From an uncultured Methanosarcinales archaeon (lineage in GTDB: Archaea; Nanobdellota; Nanobdellia; Woesearchaeales; UBA11576), in NCBI GenBank assembly GCA_964563755.1, contig CAZLYC010000009.1, positions 42,624 to 66,623 on the forward strand: 24,000 bases of DNA. The letters are read 5' to 3'. Both the position numbers and the translations under genes were made by a program. Below, in pieces: positions 21,329 through 24,000 of this stretch. Each line of letters begins with the position of its first letter. The first letter of the stretch is position 1. The notes below the pieces were generated by a model that worked only from the letters and a program-made list of their open reading frames with translations, made no database searches and was not told the origin of the DNA.

Positions 21329-23280
21329 TTTAAACCAATAAAAATCCTTATTAGTATGCCAAGAACGAAGCACACGACCGCGGTAACCGCAAGAGAGTCT
21401 GTGACGCCTGTCATGCCTGAAAAGAAAAATACTATTGCAGATATCAATATGACAAATGCTGCTCCAATAAGGATATTTGAAAAAATCCTGCTCTTCCTGA
21501 AAGGCACCTTCGCCTTATCGGATTTCCCAGATTTTTTCGTATTCTCTTCCTTCTCAATAGCACGCATCTCTTCCTCTTCATATCTCGCTAGCTTCTTCTC
21601 AGCCTTCTTCGCTGCCTTGAGCTCCTTTGCGTATGCCTTCATCTCACGCCTCTTCTCACCAAGTAGCGCGCTCTGCACGTCGACCTGGTCCTGAAGCGAT
21701 GAGACCGCTGACACGAGCTTGTCGAACTGCTTCCTGCCGACAAAATTAGATTTGATATCCTCTGCAACGAATCTCAGTCTCTTGTTCAAATCCTCAATAT
21801 CAGAGCCTTCAGCCATGCTGTCCTGCAGCCCCAGCATCTTCTCATTGAGCTTCTCAAGATCATTGCTTATGGAATCGAAAGCATCTTCAAGGTCGCTCAC
21901 ATCAGCAAGCGTTTTCATGTCCTTCCTGATTTTCTTCTCGACAGTGCCAAGGTCCTCTGCATTCGCCTTTATCTTGAGATCAGATATGCCTGACTCGCGC
22001 CTGACCAGCTTCACAAGATCGTCGAACTTGTTCTTTATCGCCCTGTTCGTCTCTGAAAGACGTTCCATCAGGTCTGAGAATATGCTTTGAGTCTCTTCCC
22101 TTGGAGTCGCAACTTTCTTCAGCAACGCAAGGTCTTTAGCAAGAGTCTCGACTGCCTTGTTGGTCCTCGCCATCTCTGACTCCAGCTCTTTCTTCGTCGA
22201 GTATTCCTTGCCTATCATCGATATGTCATTTGACGCTGTCTTTATGTCCTTTTTCAGGTTGTCGAATTCCTTGTTCAGGTCCTCGACCAGATTCTCTGCC
22301 TGCGCCTTCTTCAGCATGAGTGACATCTCGCCCCTGACAGACGCGAGTTCCTTGCCCATAAGAGCCTTAACTTCAGATATCCTTTCTGAAAGCTTGTCAC
22401 TTGCCTTGTCTGTCTGTTTTGACAATGAAACATGCTTGTTCTCGTTCGCCTTGACAAAATCCTTAAAAGCAGTCTCTATGCCTTTTGAAAACTCATCAAG
22501 CGATACAGCATTGAGCTTCGAGAACTCCTCGAATTTCTTCTCGAGCTTCGCTGCCTTCTTCTCTAAATCCGTCACGAGAGCGAATCTCCTCTCGCCATCG
22601 TTAACATCCGCAATCATGCCCTTGATCCTGTCGAACTCTGAGTTCACGTCACCGAGAAGCGAATCTATCTGCTCATCGCTGACCTTGCCTTTGAGCTCTG
22701 ACCTTACCTCTGACTTGAGCCTCTCGAAATCCTCGCGGACCTCCTCAGATCTTCTGTTGAGGTCATTGCTCCTCTTCTCAAGCTCGTTCTTGGTGATTGT
22801 GTCTTTTATCGACCTGAGCTCTTCTATGCTCTTCTTGACCTTGTCGAATTCCTCGTTGATATCCTTTGCCAGGCCCTTGGTCTGGTCTTCAGTAGCGGCA
22901 GATTTTGAGAGATCATTGAGATCATCCCTGAGCTTCTCTATCTCCTTTGCAATATCTTTAGAATGGCTTTCGAACTCTGTCTCAGTGACTGTCTTGCTGT
23001 CCATCTCATCGAGCTTCTTCTCGACTTCCCAGACCTTCTTCAGCCCTTCGTTCAGCTCTCCTATCTTTATCTTGAGAATGTTGAACTTGTCTACTGTGAC
23101 AAAATCAGACTTGCTTTCCTTTAGTCCCTGCTCAATCTGCGAGAGCATTATGCCCTGCTGGTGCTGGCTCTCCCTAAGAGCATTCATGTCGCTCTTTATG
23201 TTGCTAAAAGAACCTTTCAATGCTCCATCCAATTCCCTGAAGCTGTGGGACCTAGAAAATTCGCTGTCTGCATTAGCCAT
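21319..23280 (-). CDS. Tail-anchored long coiled-coil protein (~580-aa charged helical region, two C-terminal TM helices)
   Basis: 653 aa with an ATG start. E/K/D/L-rich heptad-like sequence with a recurring x-[EKD]-F-[DE]-x-[LIV]-K motif about 9 times (INEEFDKVK, VNSEFDRIK, LNKEFDNLK, IKNKFDDLVK, and others). The C-terminus IFSNILIGAAFVILISAIVFFF...LAVTAVVCFVLGILIRIFIGL is hydrophobic. Confidence 0.85.
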   Translation of the reverse strand: MANADSEFSRSHSFRELDGALKGSFSNIKSDMNALRESQHQQGIMLSQIEQGLKESKSDFVTVDKFNILKIKIGELNEGLKKVWEVEKKLDEMDSKTVTETEFESHSKDIAKEIEKLRDDLNDLSKSAATEDQTKGLAKDINEEFDKVKKSIEELRSIKDTITKNELEKRSNDLNRRSEEVREDFERLKSEVRSELKGKVSDEQIDSLLGDVNSEFDRIKGMIADVNDGERRFALVTDLEKKAAKLEKKFEEFSKLNAVSLDEFSKGIETAFKDFVKANENKHVSLSKQTDKASDKLSERISEVKALMGKELASVRGEMSLMLKKAQAENLVEDLNKEFDNLKKDIKTASNDISMIGKEYSTKKELESEMARTNKAVETLAKDLALLKKVATPREETQSIFSDLMERLSETNRAIKNKFDDLVKLVRRESGISDLKIKANAEDLGTVEKKIRKDMKTLADVSDLEDAFDSISNDLEKLNEKMLGLQDSMAEGSDIEDLNKRLRFVAEDIKSNFVGRKQFDKLVSAVSSLQDQVDVQSALLGEKRREMKAYAKELKAAKKAEKKLARYEEEEMRAIEKEENTKKSGKSDKAKVPFRKSRIFSNILIGAAFVILISAIVFFFSGMTGVTDSLAVTAVVCFVLGILIRIFIGLKQD

Positions 23281-23395
23281 TATAGTGACACCTTTAATCC
23301 GCTTTTAGATATACCTAAACCCCCTATAACTGAAACGTATTATAACTACTGAAGAAAAGCAAAAATATATTTAAACCTTTCGGTAGTGAAACTAT

Positions 23396-23743
23396 TTAAA
23401 TGGTTTTCTTGTTATCGTCGTGAAGCCCTTTTTTCCCAAGGGGTTTTCTCCAGAACTTCTTACACGTAAGGCAGTAATAAATGAGCCTGCCCTCATGCAC
23501 CCTGACCCTTAGGTTCTTTCCAGGAAGAAGAAACACATGACAGTGCTGGCAGAACATCCTTTTATACCTTGAAGGAAGCCTCAGCCTGAACTTCATCGCG
23601 ACTTTCCTTGCAATCGCGACATAATCAGAAGCAATCTTGATATCTTTTTTTGCGACTTCTTCCGCAAGACCAAAAAGACTCTCTATGTGGAACCTCGCAA
23701 TCCTGACATTCTCATCAGACTTCCTCTTGTACGCCTTTTTCAT
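23396..23743 (-). CDS. rnp4: Ribonuclease P protein component 4 (Rpp21/Rpr2 family)
   Basis: 115 aa. N-terminal helical region (RIARFHIESLFGLAEEV...YVAIARKVAMKFRLRLP) followed by the zinc ribbon CQHC...(x17)...CLTC. This matches archaeal Rnp4 in size and layout. Confidence 0.9.
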   Translation of the reverse strand: MKKAYKRKSDENVRIARFHIESLFGLAEEVAKKDIKIASDYVAIARKVAMKFRLRLPSRYKRMFCQHCHVFLLPGKNLRVRVHEGRLIYYCLTCKKFWRKPLGKKGLHDDNKKTI

Positions 23744-23766
23744 GCGTTTAAAAAAGGTGGCAAAAC

Positions 23767-23774
23767 TTTATAAA
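23767..23774. promoter_or_regulatory. Palindromic TATA box TTTATAAA shared by divergent rnp4 and the 23798 ORF
   Basis: Exactly 23 bp separate the octamer from each divergent ATG (23743 on minus, 23798 on plus). The TATA centre is therefore about 27.5 nt from both, which matches archaeal leaderless-promoter geometry. Confidence 0.5.
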
Positions 23775-23797
23775 CATATTGAAATTCGTAAAATCAC

Positions 23798-24000
23798 ATG
23801 GGATGGTGGCAAAAGTTATCTAATCTATTCTCTGGGAATGAAGAGGTTGCTCTTCAAGAATCCGAAGCAGAGAAAGTGCCTGTCACGCAACTTGCAGGCT
23901 GGATAGAGAAGAAACTCAACTCTGAATTCGCTCAGGTCAAGCCTGAAATAGATTCGCAGTTCTCAACCATACTTGAGCAGAAACGCAACCTGCTCTCTAA
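23798..24000 (+). CDS. Hypothetical protein, N-terminal 67 codons (continues beyond the window)
   Basis: Hand translation: MGWWQKLSNLFSGNEEVALQESEAEKVPVTQLAGWIEKKLNSEFAQVKPEIDSQFSTILEQKRNLLS, open to the window end. The ATG lies 23 nt downstream of the TATA box. The track ORF 23637..23906 is in another frame and looks spurious. Confidence 0.55.
   Translation, partial: MGWWQKLSNLFSGNEEVALQESEAEKVPVTQLAGWIEKKLNSEFAQVKPEIDSQFSTILEQKRNLLS

Noticed and set aside
21319-23280. Periodic DNA motif (GTCGAATTC / GTCGAACT) that could suggest a repeat array or CRISPR.
   Set aside because: The spacing is irregular (about 215-370 nt). The units lie inside one uninterrupted ORF and simply encode the recurring E-F-D peptide motif. 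There are no direct repeats of CRISPR length or regular spacers anywhere in the window.
22157-23308. Long plus-strand ORF (383 aa) antisense to the coiled-coil gene. Similar antisense ORFs occur at 5812..6756, 590..1225, 8497..8943 and 2534..2974.
   Set aside because: These are mirror-frame artefacts. The translations are Ser/Leu/Phe-rich and low complexity, as expected from reading GAA/AAG-rich or otherwise well-supported genes backwards. The opposite strand carries recognisable PurM, PurD, PurA and PurL motifs, or a coherent coiled coil.

Overview
This window reads as archaeal chromosome and is almost fully coding, with 17 of the 20 genes called here on the minus strand. All calls come from motif-level reading of the translations and hand folding; no database search, HMM or statistic was run.

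The archaeal assignment rests on these observations:
- an RNase P protein Rnp4/Rpp21
- a Dph2 fragment
- a Hel308/Ski2-type helicase
- TTTATAAA-type TATA boxes centred about 27 nt upstream of several ATGs (leaderless pattern)
- GGTG-type Shine-Dalgarno (SD) sites elsewhere
- tRNAs without encoded CCA
- a tRNA with a non-canonical insertion

Positions 1-14.5 kb form a nucleotide-metabolism block:
- A tightly packed purine operon runs purM, purS-purL fusion, purQ, purD, purN (purN runs off the left edge).
- purA carries a complete C-terminal HAD phosphatase domain.
- purB carries an extra C-terminal module of about 125 aa that looks like a degenerate HAD fold.
- A Hel308-like helicase ORF lacks the whole N-terminal RecA1 motor domain.
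- Two tandem deoxynucleoside-kinase paralogs lie on the plus strand.

Positions 14.58-14.85 kb hold tRNA-Asn(GTT) and a 96-nt tRNA-Ile(GAT) with an insertion of about 23 nt at the D-arm.

Positions 14.86-23.3 kb look accessory and rearranged:
- a polytopic membrane protein
- a 935-aa protein with a zinc ribbon, three TM helices and a Cys-rich ectodomain
- an 83-codon remnant of dph2
- a 13-bp perfect inverted repeat
- a possible 44-aa ORF
- a 676-aa protein built from five tandem modules sharing an N-H-P-x-F signature
- a 349-bp non-coding gap
- a 653-aa tail-anchored coiled-coil protein

The window ends with rnp4 and a partial divergent ORF that share one palindromic TATA box.

I see no CRISPR array, rRNA, transposase or integrase. 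The most unusual content is the combination of gene fusions (PurS-PurL, PurA-HAD, PurB plus a HAD-like tail) with gene truncations (headless Hel308, dph2 stub), plus the uncharacterised envelope and repeat-protein block. This pattern is typical of reduced, DPANN-like archaeal genomes, but the lineage cannot be established from the sequence alone.
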